Source of the DNA: Actinomycetota bacterium
GTDB taxonomy: Bacteria; Actinomycetota; Actinomycetes; Propionibacteriales; Nocardioidaceae
Assembly (NCBI GenBank): GCA_046725375.1
Contig: JBKOYM010000060.1
Location: 15,120 to 79,119, forward strand
Reading direction: 5' to 3'
DNA length: 64,000 nucleotides
The notes beneath the pieces were generated by a model. The model saw only the letters and a list, made by a program, of their open reading frames with translations. It had not been told where the DNA came from and made no database searches. The translations under genes were made by a program, and so were the position numbers. How positions within the stretch are numbered: position 1 is the first letter of the stretch; every line of letters starts with the position of its first letter. Of the stretch, positions 1 through 7,416 are shown in pieces.

Positions 1-48
1 TGCTCCTGGGATCTCCAGGATGGTTCGATAGCGTCCGAGCAGCGGCAT
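1..48 (-). CDS. 5' end of a CDS running off the left edge (N-terminus MPLLGRYRTILEIPGA, reminiscent of MFS transporter N-termini)
   Basis: ATG at 48-46 on the minus strand, open to the window edge. Only 16 codons are visible and there is no clear SD. Confidence 0.25.
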   Translation of the reverse strand, partial: MPLLGRYRTILEIPGA

Positions 49-170
49 CAGAGTGTCAGCGGTCCCCTGGTCCTCCCGCGATGGCGGGATGGCGGTGGTC
101 AAGCCGGGCAACGATACCCCCACTGTCCCGCACTTGCGGACGGGTTTTCGGTGCCTGACAGGATGGACGT

Positions 171-1322
171 ATGCCCCGTCTCGATCCGTCGCCCTATGAC
201 GCCCTGCTCCTGGTGTCGTTCGGCGGCCCGGAGGCTCCGGCCGAGGTGCGCCCGTTCCTGGAAAACGTGACCCGCGGCCGCGGCGTCCCGCCGGAGCGAC
301 TCGACGAGGTGGCCGAGCACTACGCGGCCTTCGGCGGTCGGTCTCCGATCAACGAGCAGTGCCGCATGCTGCGCGACGCGATCCGAGCCGATCTGGCCGA
401 ACAGCGCATCGACCTTCCTATCTATTGGGGCAACCGCAACTGGAATCCGTATCTGACCGACACGCTGCGCCAGATGACGGTCGACGGCGTACGGCGGGCG
501 GCATGCTTCGTCACCAGCGCGTACGCGTCGTACTCCGGATGTCGGCAATATCGCGAGAACCTGTACGACGCGGTCGCGGTCGTCGGTCCGGGCGCGCCGC
601 GCCTCGACCGGCTGCGGCACTACTTCAACCATCCCGGTTTCGTGACTCCGTTCGTCGACGCGACCCTGGCGGCGCTCGCCAAGCTTTCCGACGAGGCGCG
701 CAACTCCGCCCGACTGGTGTTCGTCACGCATTCCATTCCACTCTCGATGAACGACGCCAGCGGCCGGTTCGACGACACCGAGGGCGGCGCGTACCAGCGG
801 CAGCATCGCGACGTGGCGTCCGTCGTGGCCGCCGCGGTCGCCGACGCCAGTGGTGTCGCGCGCGACCACGACCTGGTGTATTGCTCGCGCTCCGGGTCGC
901 CGTCGGTGTCCTGGCTCGAGCCCGACATCGGCGATCACCTGCGTGCCCTGCGCACCGAGGGAGTGGACGCTGTCGTCGTCATCCCGATCGGGTTCGTCTC
1001 CGATCACATGGAGGTCGTCTTCGACTTGGACACCCAGGCCGCCGAGATCGCCGCCGAGATCGGGCTCGCGATGGTGCGGGCTGCCACCCCGGGGGTTCAC
1101 CCCCGCTTCGTCGCCATGGTGCGCGAGCTGCTGCTCGAGCGAGCGGCGGCGGCCCGTGGGGAGGAGCGCTCGCGCGTCACCGTCGGCGGGCTGCCGCCGA
1201 GCTGGGACGTCTGCCCGGCGAGCTGCTGCCGCAACGCTCGCGAGCCGGACCGCCCGGCCCTGTGCGGAGTCGACAGCCCCGACGTGACATCGGCGTCGGG
1301 TGCGCGCGGGGAGGCGGTATGA
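171..1322 (+). CDS. hemH: ferrochelatase (actinobacterial type with C-terminal Cys cluster)
   Basis: 383-aa ORF with LLVSFGGPE near the N-terminus plus HSIP and GFVSDHMEV motifs. The C-terminal CPASCC..C cysteines resemble those of 2Fe-2S ferrochelatases. Its stop overlaps the next start (ATGA at 1319-1322). Confidence 0.9.
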   Translation: MPRLDPSPYDALLLVSFGGPEAPAEVRPFLENVTRGRGVPPERLDEVAEHYAAFGGRSPINEQCRMLRDAIRADLAEQRIDLPIYWGNRNWNPYLTDTLRQMTVDGVRRAACFVTSAYASYSGCRQYRENLYDAVAVVGPGAPRLDRLRHYFNHPGFVTPFVDATLAALAKLSDEARNSARLVFVTHSIPLSMNDASGRFDDTEGGAYQRQHRDVASVVAAAVADASGVARDHDLVYCSRSGSPSVSWLEPDIGDHLRALRTEGVDAVVVIPIGFVSDHMEVVFDLDTQAAEIAAEIGLAMVRAATPGVHPRFVAMVRELLLERAAAARGEERSRVTVGGLPPSWDVCPASCCRNAREPDRPALCGVDSPDVTSASGARGEAV

Positions 1323-2125
1323 CCGACGACCAGAGTCTGCTCGAGCTTGCCCGGTCGACCGGGCAGGAGGCTGCCGCGTTGATTCGCGACCTCCGTCCCG
1401 AAGGCCGGGTCGACGTCGCCGCCACCAAGTCCAGCCCTACCGACGCGGTCACCGACGTCGACACGGCCGCCGAGCGGCACATCCGCGATCGCATCGGCGC
1501 CGCCCGGCCCGACGACGGGTTCGTCGGTGAGGAAGGCGGCCGGCAGTCCGGTTCGTCGGGAGTCAATTGGGTCATCGACCCCATCGACGGCACGGTCAAC
1601 TTCGTCTACGGCGTGCCCGCGTACGCGGTATCCATCGGCATCGAGGTCGACCACGTCGTTCGAGCCGGTGTCGTCGTCGACGTTCCGTTGCGGACCGAAT
1701 ACAGCGCGCTCCTCGGCCACGGCGCCTGGCGCCGCGACCACGCCGAAGGGCCCCCGACCCGACTGCGTTCGGCGACATCCTCCGACCTCAGTCAAGCGCT
1801 GGTCTCGACCGGATTCGGGTACGACTCGGCGCAGCGGGCGCGCCAGGCCGCGGCTTTGGGCGTCCTCATTACGCGGATTCGGGACGTTCGGCGGATCGGC
1901 TCCGCCGCCCTCGACCTCTGCTCCCTCGCGTCCGGGCGGATCGACGCGTACGTCGAGGAGGGTCTGCAGCCGTGGGATCGAGCGGCCGGCGTACTCATCG
2001 CGCGCGAGGCCGGTGCGCTCGTGTCCGGCCTCGAGTCTGACGAGCCCGATGAGCGCCTCGTCGTCGCGGCGACACCCGGTCTGTTCGACGCATTCCGTAC
2101 CCTCGTCGCGGAGTGCGGTTTCTGA
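1319..2125 (+). CDS. inositol monophosphatase family protein (SuhB/ImpA-like)
   Basis: Internal ATG at 1319 of ORF 359..2125. Motifs FVGEEGG, WVIDPIDGTVNF and WDRAAG are present. The upstream 320 codons of the track ORF are Arg/Pro-rich out-of-frame hemH sequence. Confidence 0.85.
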   Translation: MTDDQSLLELARSTGQEAAALIRDLRPEGRVDVAATKSSPTDAVTDVDTAAERHIRDRIGAARPDDGFVGEEGGRQSGSSGVNWVIDPIDGTVNFVYGVPAYAVSIGIEVDHVVRAGVVVDVPLRTEYSALLGHGAWRRDHAEGPPTRLRSATSSDLSQALVSTGFGYDSAQRARQAAALGVLITRIRDVRRIGSAALDLCSLASGRIDAYVEEGLQPWDRAAGVLIAREAGALVSGLESDEPDERLVVAATPGLFDAFRTLVAECGF

Positions 2126-2376
2126 CCCGTACGATCTCCCGTCGGTAGCGGGAATGTCCCGACGCTTGGTTGCGTTCTATGGGCGCAACAACTACAGGCC
2201 GTAGGGGCAGCGACCGAATGTGACCTAGATCGCGACGCGCGTCGTGGAATGAGCGTGATCTTCGGCTTCGGATAAGGCACACTGTCCGCCCGCGACGCCT
2301 TTACGGCACGCGTCACTTGCATAGAGCACCGAGACATTGCAACGCCGGGGGAGCAGCCCCGCGTCAGGAGATTTCC

Positions 2377-2676
2377 ATGGCAACAGATTACGACGCGCCG
2401 CGCAAGACTGAGGAAGATCAGTCCGAGGACAGTATCGAAGAACTCAAGGCACGGCGCCACGACAAAAACTCCGGCAAGGTCGATGAGGACGAGGCCGAGG
2501 CGGCCGAGTCGTTCGAGCTTCCCGGAGCCGACCTGAGCCACGAAGAGCTGGCCGTTCAGGTCCTACCGCGCCAGTCCGACGAGTTCACCTGCTCGTCGTG
2601 CTTCCTGGTGCATCACCGAAGTCAGCTCGCCGGGGAGCGCAAGGGCCTGCCGATCTGCCGCGACTGCGCAGCCTAG
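2377..2676 (+). CDS. DUF4193 family protein
   Basis: MATDYDAPRK...FTCSSCFLVHHRSQL...CRDC is the typical acidic N-terminus plus 4-Cys C-terminus. The ATG at 2377 is preceded by caggag. Confidence 0.85.
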   Translation: MATDYDAPRKTEEDQSEDSIEELKARRHDKNSGKVDEDEAEAAESFELPGADLSHEELAVQVLPRQSDEFTCSSCFLVHHRSQLAGERKGLPICRDCAA

Positions 2677-3023
2677 GTGCTGGCGGTCTCGTCGCTTCGC
2701 GCTGGCGGGTTCTCGGCCCCCTCCAGTGACTTCATGCCCGGTGGCAAGTGGCCGGTCGAGCGTACCCAGTAGTTGGCGGCCTTGCGGGTGGCGAACATCT
2801 TGGCGAGATGGATCGATGCGCCTGACAGGACCACCCAGGTCGCGGCCTCACGCCAAGACACCTCGGGGTTTGCCGGGTTCTTCGGTGCCTTCCGGCCGAC
2901 GGCGGCCTTCCACACCATGTCGACGGCGCGTGCGCTCGCGATCCCGGCGAAGGTCGTCGCGGCCTTGTCATAGATCTTCCACGTACGCTTGCCGGGCTGT
3001 CTAACCCGCTTCGCCTTTCCCAT
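2673..3023 (-). CDS. DUF4235 domain membrane protein
   Basis: 116-aa ORF, MGKAKRV..KIYDKAATTFAGIASARAVDMVWK, with conserved placement next to DUF4193 and DUF3093. Confidence 0.7.
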   Translation of the reverse strand: MGKAKRVRQPGKRTWKIYDKAATTFAGIASARAVDMVWKAAVGRKAPKNPANPEVSWREAATWVVLSGASIHLAKMFATRKAANYWVRSTGHLPPGMKSLEGAENPPARSDETAST

Positions 3024-3035
3024 GGCGCCAGTCTC

Positions 3036-3497
3036 TCACTCGGCGTCGGGTCGTCCAGCGCGAACCGCGGCGGCGAGCCGATCCGGCCGGCGACTGCTGA
3101 GCAGCCAGTACGGCACCGGGTCGTTCGGATCGTCGATCGCCACCCGGACAGCGGTGGCGATGTAGGGCCGAAGCAGGAGGTACGCACGAGCGTCGGCCTC
3201 GGCGCCGCCCGCGCGCCGCGTCCGATCGGCGTCGAGAACCTCGACGGCCCCGCACAGCGCCAGCGGGATGTGGGCGCGGCCGGCCCGCAACTGTCCGTCC
3301 GACACCGCGACCCGAGCCGCGCCGTAGTGTCCGACCAGACCGGCGACTAGCGCGAGCGCGACGATCGCGGCGAGCCAGGCCAGCCATGGCGGCGTCGCCA
3401 GGACGAAGACCCACCACACCGACACGACGAACACGAGGCCGATGAGCCACCAGGCGATCGGGGCGTGCAGCCGCTCCTCGTACGTCGCGCCTTCCAC
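3036..3497 (-). CDS. DUF3093 domain membrane protein
   Basis: 153 aa with two N-terminal TM helices ([18 protein letters not shown]..). It sits divergent to dut, as in other actinobacteria. Confidence 0.75.
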   Translation of the reverse strand: MEGATYEERLHAPIAWWLIGLVFVVSVWWVFVLATPPWLAWLAAIVALALVAGLVGHYGAARVAVSDGQLRAGRAHIPLALCGAVEVLDADRTRRAGGAEADARAYLLLRPYIATAVRVAIDDPNDPVPYWLLSSRRPDRLAAAVRAGRPDAE

Positions 3498-3547
3498 GGC
3501 GACAGCCTGGCACGCGTCCGTCGACCCTCGGAGGTAGGGTCACTGCG

Positions 3548-4021
3548 ATGCTCGACGTACAGATCCAGCGGCTCGACGACGGAGTCGAGTTGCCGCGCTA
3601 TGCCCATCCCGGTGACGCCGGAGCCGACCTGCGTACCACGATCGACGTGACATTGGCGCCGGGAGAGCGCGCGGTCGTGCCGAGCGGCATCGCGATCGCA
3701 CTGCCATCCGGATACGCGGCGTTCGTCCACCCGCGATCGGGCCTGGGCGCACGCTCTGGATTGTCGCTGGTCAACGCCCCCGGCACGATCGATTCCGGCT
3801 ACCGCGGCGAAATCAAGATGTGCCTGATCAACCTCGACCCGACGACCCCGATCAACCTGCGCCGCGGCGACCGCGTCGCCCAGCTCGTCATCCAGCGGGT
3901 CGAGCACGCGAACTTCCACGTCGTCGCCAACCTGCCCGAATCGGTCCGTGGCGACGGCGGCTACGGTTCCACCGGAGGATTCGACCCCACTGATCCGGCT
4001 CAGCAGGAGGCAACCGCGTGA
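3548..4021 (+). CDS. dut: dUTP diphosphatase
   Basis: Motifs [21 protein letters not shown] and GDRVAQLV, with a C-terminal [10 protein letters not shown]. Confidence 0.95.
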   Translation: MLDVQIQRLDDGVELPRYAHPGDAGADLRTTIDVTLAPGERAVVPSGIAIALPSGYAAFVHPRSGLGARSGLSLVNAPGTIDSGYRGEIKMCLINLDPTTPINLRRGDRVAQLVIQRVEHANFHVVANLPESVRGDGGYGSTGGFDPTDPAQQEATA

Positions 4022-4680
4022 TCTTCCGCCGTCGCAAGGGCAGCCACGTGCGACCCGCTGAGCCTGTCGACGATGACCTCGAGGAGTCGACCGCGCAGAC
4101 CACCCACCGCGAGCGGGTCGGTCCCTGGGACGCCGACGAGCGTGAGGTCGACCTGGACGACGCCAACATCATCGACATCGGCGGCCTCATCGTCACGGGC
4201 CGTCCCGGACTCGAGCTCCGACTGCAAACCGATCAGGCCACCGGCGCCGTTGGGGCCGCCATGCTCGTGAGCAAGGACGGCGCCGTCGAGCTGCGGGTCT
4301 TCGCGGCATCGCGCTCGGGCGGCATGTGGGACGACATTCGCCGCGAGATCGCGGCCGAGGCGACGAACCGCGGCGGGACCGCAACCGAGGCGGAGGGACC
4401 GTACGGACCGGAGCTGCGGGTCAAGGTCCCGGTCAAGTCCGCCGATGGTCGCCAAGGCACCCAAACCAGCCGGATCGTGGGTATCGAGGGACCGAGGTGG
4501 CTGCTGCGCGCGACGTACCTCGGTGACGCCGCGACCCAGTCCGATCCGGACGGCCTCCTCGAGTCCGCGGTGCGAGACGTCGTCGTCGTACGTGGGGGTG
4601 TGGCCATGCCGCCACGCGAGCCGATCCCATTGCGGCTTCCGCCCGGCGCCGAGCCGACCGAGCCGACCGAACCGGCCTGA
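4018..4680 (+). CDS. DUF3710 domain protein
   Basis: 220 aa. The GTG start overlaps the dut stop (GTGA). Position downstream of dut is conserved. Confidence 0.75.
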   Translation: MIFRRRKGSHVRPAEPVDDDLEESTAQTTHRERVGPWDADEREVDLDDANIIDIGGLIVTGRPGLELRLQTDQATGAVGAAMLVSKDGAVELRVFAASRSGGMWDDIRREIAAEATNRGGTATEAEGPYGPELRVKVPVKSADGRQGTQTSRIVGIEGPRWLLRATYLGDAATQSDPDGLLESAVRDVVVVRGGVAMPPREPIPLRLPPGAEPTEPTEPA

Positions 4681-4711
4681 CGACCGGCGTCCCGCGTCTA
4701 CTCTTGATGCC

Positions 4712-5068
4712 ATGGGCATCATGAAACGCGCCTTTGGACGGTTTGCGACGAGCACCGACGAGTTGGAGGCCGAGGAGCTCCGCGGTGACGCCAAGGCGCA
4801 CGCCTGCCCCCCGATCGTGCAGCAGGCCGATCGCGACGTCGTCACCGTCCACGGCGTGCTGCGCACAGTGACGCTGCGCCCTCGCGGCGGAGTGGCCGCG
4901 CTCGAGGCCGAACTCTACGATGGCTCCGGCACGGTGACCCTCGTCTGGCTCGGCCGGCGCCGGATCGCCGGTGTCGACCCCGGCCGACACATGACCGTCG
5001 CGGGCCGTCTGAGCTGCATTGACGATGTCCGCGTCCTCTACAACCCCCGTTATGAGTTGACCCAGTGA
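4712..5068 (+). CDS. OB-fold nucleic-acid-binding domain protein
   Basis: Internal ATG at 4712 (MGIMKRAFG..). The VTVHGVLRTVTLRPRGG..LEAELYDGSGTVTLVWLGRR stretch is typical of the small OB-fold protein in this locus. Confidence 0.7.
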   Translation: MGIMKRAFGRFATSTDELEAEELRGDAKAHACPPIVQQADRDVVTVHGVLRTVTLRPRGGVAALEAELYDGSGTVTLVWLGRRRIAGVDPGRHMTVAGRLSCIDDVRVLYNPRYELTQ

Positions 5069-5754
5069 GCGAAGCCAGCGAGCAGTCCCAGCAGACTCGG
5101 GTCGCCGCCGAGTACGCGACCGTCGAGCAGCTCGTACGGGCTCAGCTGTCTAAGGCACTCGGTGGCGTCCGCGGCATGATCGAGGGCGCCGTTCCGACCG
5201 CGACGTTCACCATCCTCTGGCTCTCGACGAGGGAGTTACGCCTGTCGCTCGCGATCAGCGTCGGCGTCGCCACCTTGCTGGTCGTCGTCCGATTGGTGCA
5301 GCGACAGACCGTGCAGTTCGTGTTCAACAGCCTGATCGGCATCGGCATCGGGGCGATCTTCGCGATGCGGTCGGGCGAGGCGAAGGACGTGTTCCTCCCG
5401 GGCATCATCTACAACGGTGCCTACGCCACCGGCATGCTGATCAGCATCCTGATCGGCTGGCCGGTGATCGGCTTCCTGATCGGAACCGTGACCGGCGACC
5501 CGACGGCATGGCACGCCGACAAGCCGATCGTTCGGTTGTGCACGCAACTGACCTGGGTGCTTGCGGCGCCGTGCGTGCTGCGGGTGCTGGTGCAATATCC
5601 GCTGTACGCCGCCGACCAGCTCGGTCTGCTCGCGACCGCGAAGATCGTCATGGGCTGGCCTCTCCAGGTCGCCGCCCTCACCTTCATGGCCTACCTGCTG
5701 GGCCGCAACCACACCCCGATCGCCAACCCCGATCCGCCCGACTCGGCCCGCTGA
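5065..5754 (+). CDS. DUF3159 domain membrane protein
   Basis: 229 aa, multi-TM. Start overlaps the previous stop. The last 8 codons lie inside the first unit of the 22-bp repeat array. Confidence 0.75.
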   Translation: MSEASEQSQQTRVAAEYATVEQLVRAQLSKALGGVRGMIEGAVPTATFTILWLSTRELRLSLAISVGVATLLVVVRLVQRQTVQFVFNSLIGIGIGAIFAMRSGEAKDVFLPGIIYNGAYATGMLISILIGWPVIGFLIGTVTGDPTAWHADKPIVRLCTQLTWVLAAPCVLRVLVQYPLYAADQLGLLATAKIVMGWPLQVAALTFMAYLLGRNHTPIANPDPPDSAR

Positions 5755-5994
5755 TCCGCCCCACTTGGCCCGCTCGTCCGCCGTACTTGGCACGCTGATC
5801 CGCCCGACTCGGCCCGCTGATCCGCCCCACCTGGCCCGCTCGTCCGCCCTACTTGGCCCGCTCGTCCGCCCTACTTGGCCCGCTCGTCCGCCCCACCTGG
5901 CCCGCTCGTCCGCCCCACCTGGCACGCTCGTCCGCCCCACTTGGCGCCGTCTCGGGCGGATCGCCGCGCCATCTCGGGCGGATCGCGCTTAGTC
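5731..5994. repeat. tandem array of ten 22-bp units (consensus cgtccgccccacytggcccgct) plus two inverted partial units (ctcgggcggatcgc)
   Basis: Units start at 5731, 5753, 5775, 5797, 5819, 5841, 5863, 5885, 5907 and 5929. Units 1-3 are re-duplicated as units 4-6, giving a 66-bp higher order. The inverted-type units start at 5951 and 5973. The array fills the whole 234-bp gap between the convergent DUF3159 and trkA genes. Confidence 0.9.
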
Positions 5995-6669
5995 GTGGTC
6001 GGCGGGGTGGGCTTGCGGTGACAGCAGGGTCGCGAGCGGCCCCTCTTGATCCTCGGCGGCGACGAACAGCAGCTCGTCACCGAACTCCAGGGAGCGGTCC
6101 GGGTCCGGCGGATGGATGCCGCCGTCGCGCAGGATCGCGACGAGGGCCACGTCGGTCGGCCACGGTACCTCGCTGACCCGCTGACCGACGTAGGGCGACT
6201 CCTGCGGCAGCGTCAGCTCGACCAGGTTCGCGCTGCTCTGGCGGAACGTGAACAGCCGTACGAGGTCGCCGATCGTGACGGCCTCCTCGACCAGCGCCGA
6301 CATGAGACGCGGCGTCGAGACCGAGACGTCGACACCCCACGCCTCGGTGAACAGCCACTCGTTGTTGGGGTGGTTGACCCGGGCGACGGTCCGGCCGACC
6401 GCAAACTCCGTCTTGGCGAGCAGCGACACCACGATGTTGACCTTGTCGTCACCGCTGGCCGCGATCACGACCTGGCAGTTGCCGAGCCCGGCCTCCTCCA
6501 GCGACGACAACTCACACGCGTCGGCCAGCAGCCATTGCGCGTCCGGGACGATCTCGGACTTGATCGCCTTGGGATCCTTGTCGATCAGCAGGATCTGGTG
6601 TCCGTTTTCTATCAGTTCCTGAGCGACCGAACGGCCGACGGCCCCGGCGCCCGCGATCGCGACCCGCAT
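5989..6669 (-). CDS. trkA: Trk system NAD-binding protein TrkA (CeoC-like)
   Basis: Internal ATG at 6669 (MRVAIAGAGAVGRSVAQEL, a Rossmann GxGxxG). The start overlaps the stop of the upstream trkA (TGATG). The 83 upstream codons of the track ORF are discarded. Confidence 0.9.
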   Translation of the reverse strand: MRVAIAGAGAVGRSVAQELIENGHQILLIDKDPKAIKSEIVPDAQWLLADACELSSLEEAGLGNCQVVIAASGDDKVNIVVSLLAKTEFAVGRTVARVNHPNNEWLFTEAWGVDVSVSTPRLMSALVEEAVTIGDLVRLFTFRQSSANLVELTLPQESPYVGQRVSEVPWPTDVALVAILRDGGIHPPDPDRSLEFGDELLFVAAEDQEGPLATLLSPQAHPADHD

Positions 6670-7331
6670 CAGTCCTCCTTCGGCCCGTCGGCCAACGCGG
6701 CCTGCACGGCGCCGGCTCGTTCGTCGAGCAGGAACAGGTTCAACAGGTCGCCTTCCTGGATGACCGTGTTGCGATCGGGGATCATGCCCGCGCCGAGCCG
6801 GGTCAGGAATCCGACCCGAGCTCCAGTCTGCTCCTGCATCTGGAGGACGGTGCGACCGATCCATGGCTGTGGCGCCGGGATCTGGTCGACCCGGACCGTG
6901 CCGGACGGGTCGCGCCACAGCGGTTCAGCGTCCTCGGGTAGCAGCCGTCGAAGCACCTGGTCGGCCGACCATGTCACGGTCGCGACGGTCGGGATGCCGA
7001 GCCGCTCGTAGACCTCCGCCCGACCGGGGTCGTAGATCCGCGCCACGACGTTGTCGATCCCGAACTGCTCACGAGCGACCCGCGCCGAGATGATGTTGGA
7101 GTTGTCACCGCTCGATACGGCGGCGAAGCCGTCGGCCCGGTCGATCCCGGCGCGCAGCAAGACCTCGCGGTCGAAGCCGAAACCGGTGACGGTCGTACCC
7201 GAGAACGACGGCCCGAGCCGGCGGAACGCATCGGCGGCCTGGTCGATGACGGCCACCGTGTGGCTGCGCTCCTCGAGGCTTCGGGCAAGGGTCGATCCGA
7301 CCCGGCCACACCCCATGATCACGATGTGCAC
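6669..7331 (-). CDS. trkA: Trk system NAD-binding protein TrkA (CeoB-like)
   Basis: GTG at 7331 gives VHIVIMGCGRVGSTLARSL (GxGxxG), followed by a C-terminal TrkA-C domain. Confidence 0.88.
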   Translation of the reverse strand: MHIVIMGCGRVGSTLARSLEERSHTVAVIDQAADAFRRLGPSFSGTTVTGFGFDREVLLRAGIDRADGFAAVSSGDNSNIISARVAREQFGIDNVVARIYDPGRAEVYERLGIPTVATVTWSADQVLRRLLPEDAEPLWRDPSGTVRVDQIPAPQPWIGRTVLQMQEQTGARVGFLTRLGAGMIPDRNTVIQEGDLLNLFLLDERAGAVQAALADGPKED

Positions 7332-7394
7332 AGTGACCTTCCCGTGATGGTGATGCCAGCACGCCGACGCTACACCCTGCGGTGTTTCCCCTCG

Positions 7395-7406
7395 GCTAGC
7401 GCTAGC
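7395..7406. promoter_or_regulatory. perfect 12-bp palindrome gctagcgctagc, 10 nt upstream of the APC permease start
   Basis: Read directly. It lies in the 85-bp divergent trkA/permease intergenic region. Confidence 0.3.
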
Positions 7407-7416
7407 ATCGCACCAC

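Noticed and set aside
99-1100. 333-aa ORF antisense to the ferrochelatase gene
   Set aside because: It is Arg/Gly/Asp-rich with no recognisable motifs and entirely overlaps a confidently identified gene on the other strand. This is the typical high-GC shadow ORF. The same reasoning applies to 10418..12673(+), 13677..14879(-), 21697..22893(-), 24936..26249(-), 26765..27730(-), 27616..29328(-), 46413..48065(+) and 61343..62377(-).
359-1318. Long N-terminal extension of the IMPase-family ORF (track ORF 359..2125)
   Set aside because: The extension is Arg/Pro-rich, lies out of frame within hemH, and lacks any IMPase similarity. The ATG at 1319 gives a normal-length protein with an ATGA junction to hemH.
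2126-2376. 250-bp relatively AT-rich spacer upstream of DUF4193 as a small RNA or riboswitch
   Set aside because: It holds only a weak 6-bp hairpin (gttgcg..cgcaac) and no recognisable RNA family features. It is most simply the promoter and 5' UTR of a highly expressed small gene.
5236-5992. ORFs with repetitive peptides (RPTWPARPPHLARSSA..., GRTSVPGGADERARWGG...) across the repeat array
   Set aside because: They are a by-product of the 22-bp tandem repeat. The same repeat is open in several frames on both strands. The period is not a multiple of 3, and the ORFs overlap the DUF3159 gene.
5731-5994. Possible CRISPR array
   Set aside because: The units are directly adjacent with no unique spacers, the repeat length is only 22 bp, and there are no cas genes in the window.
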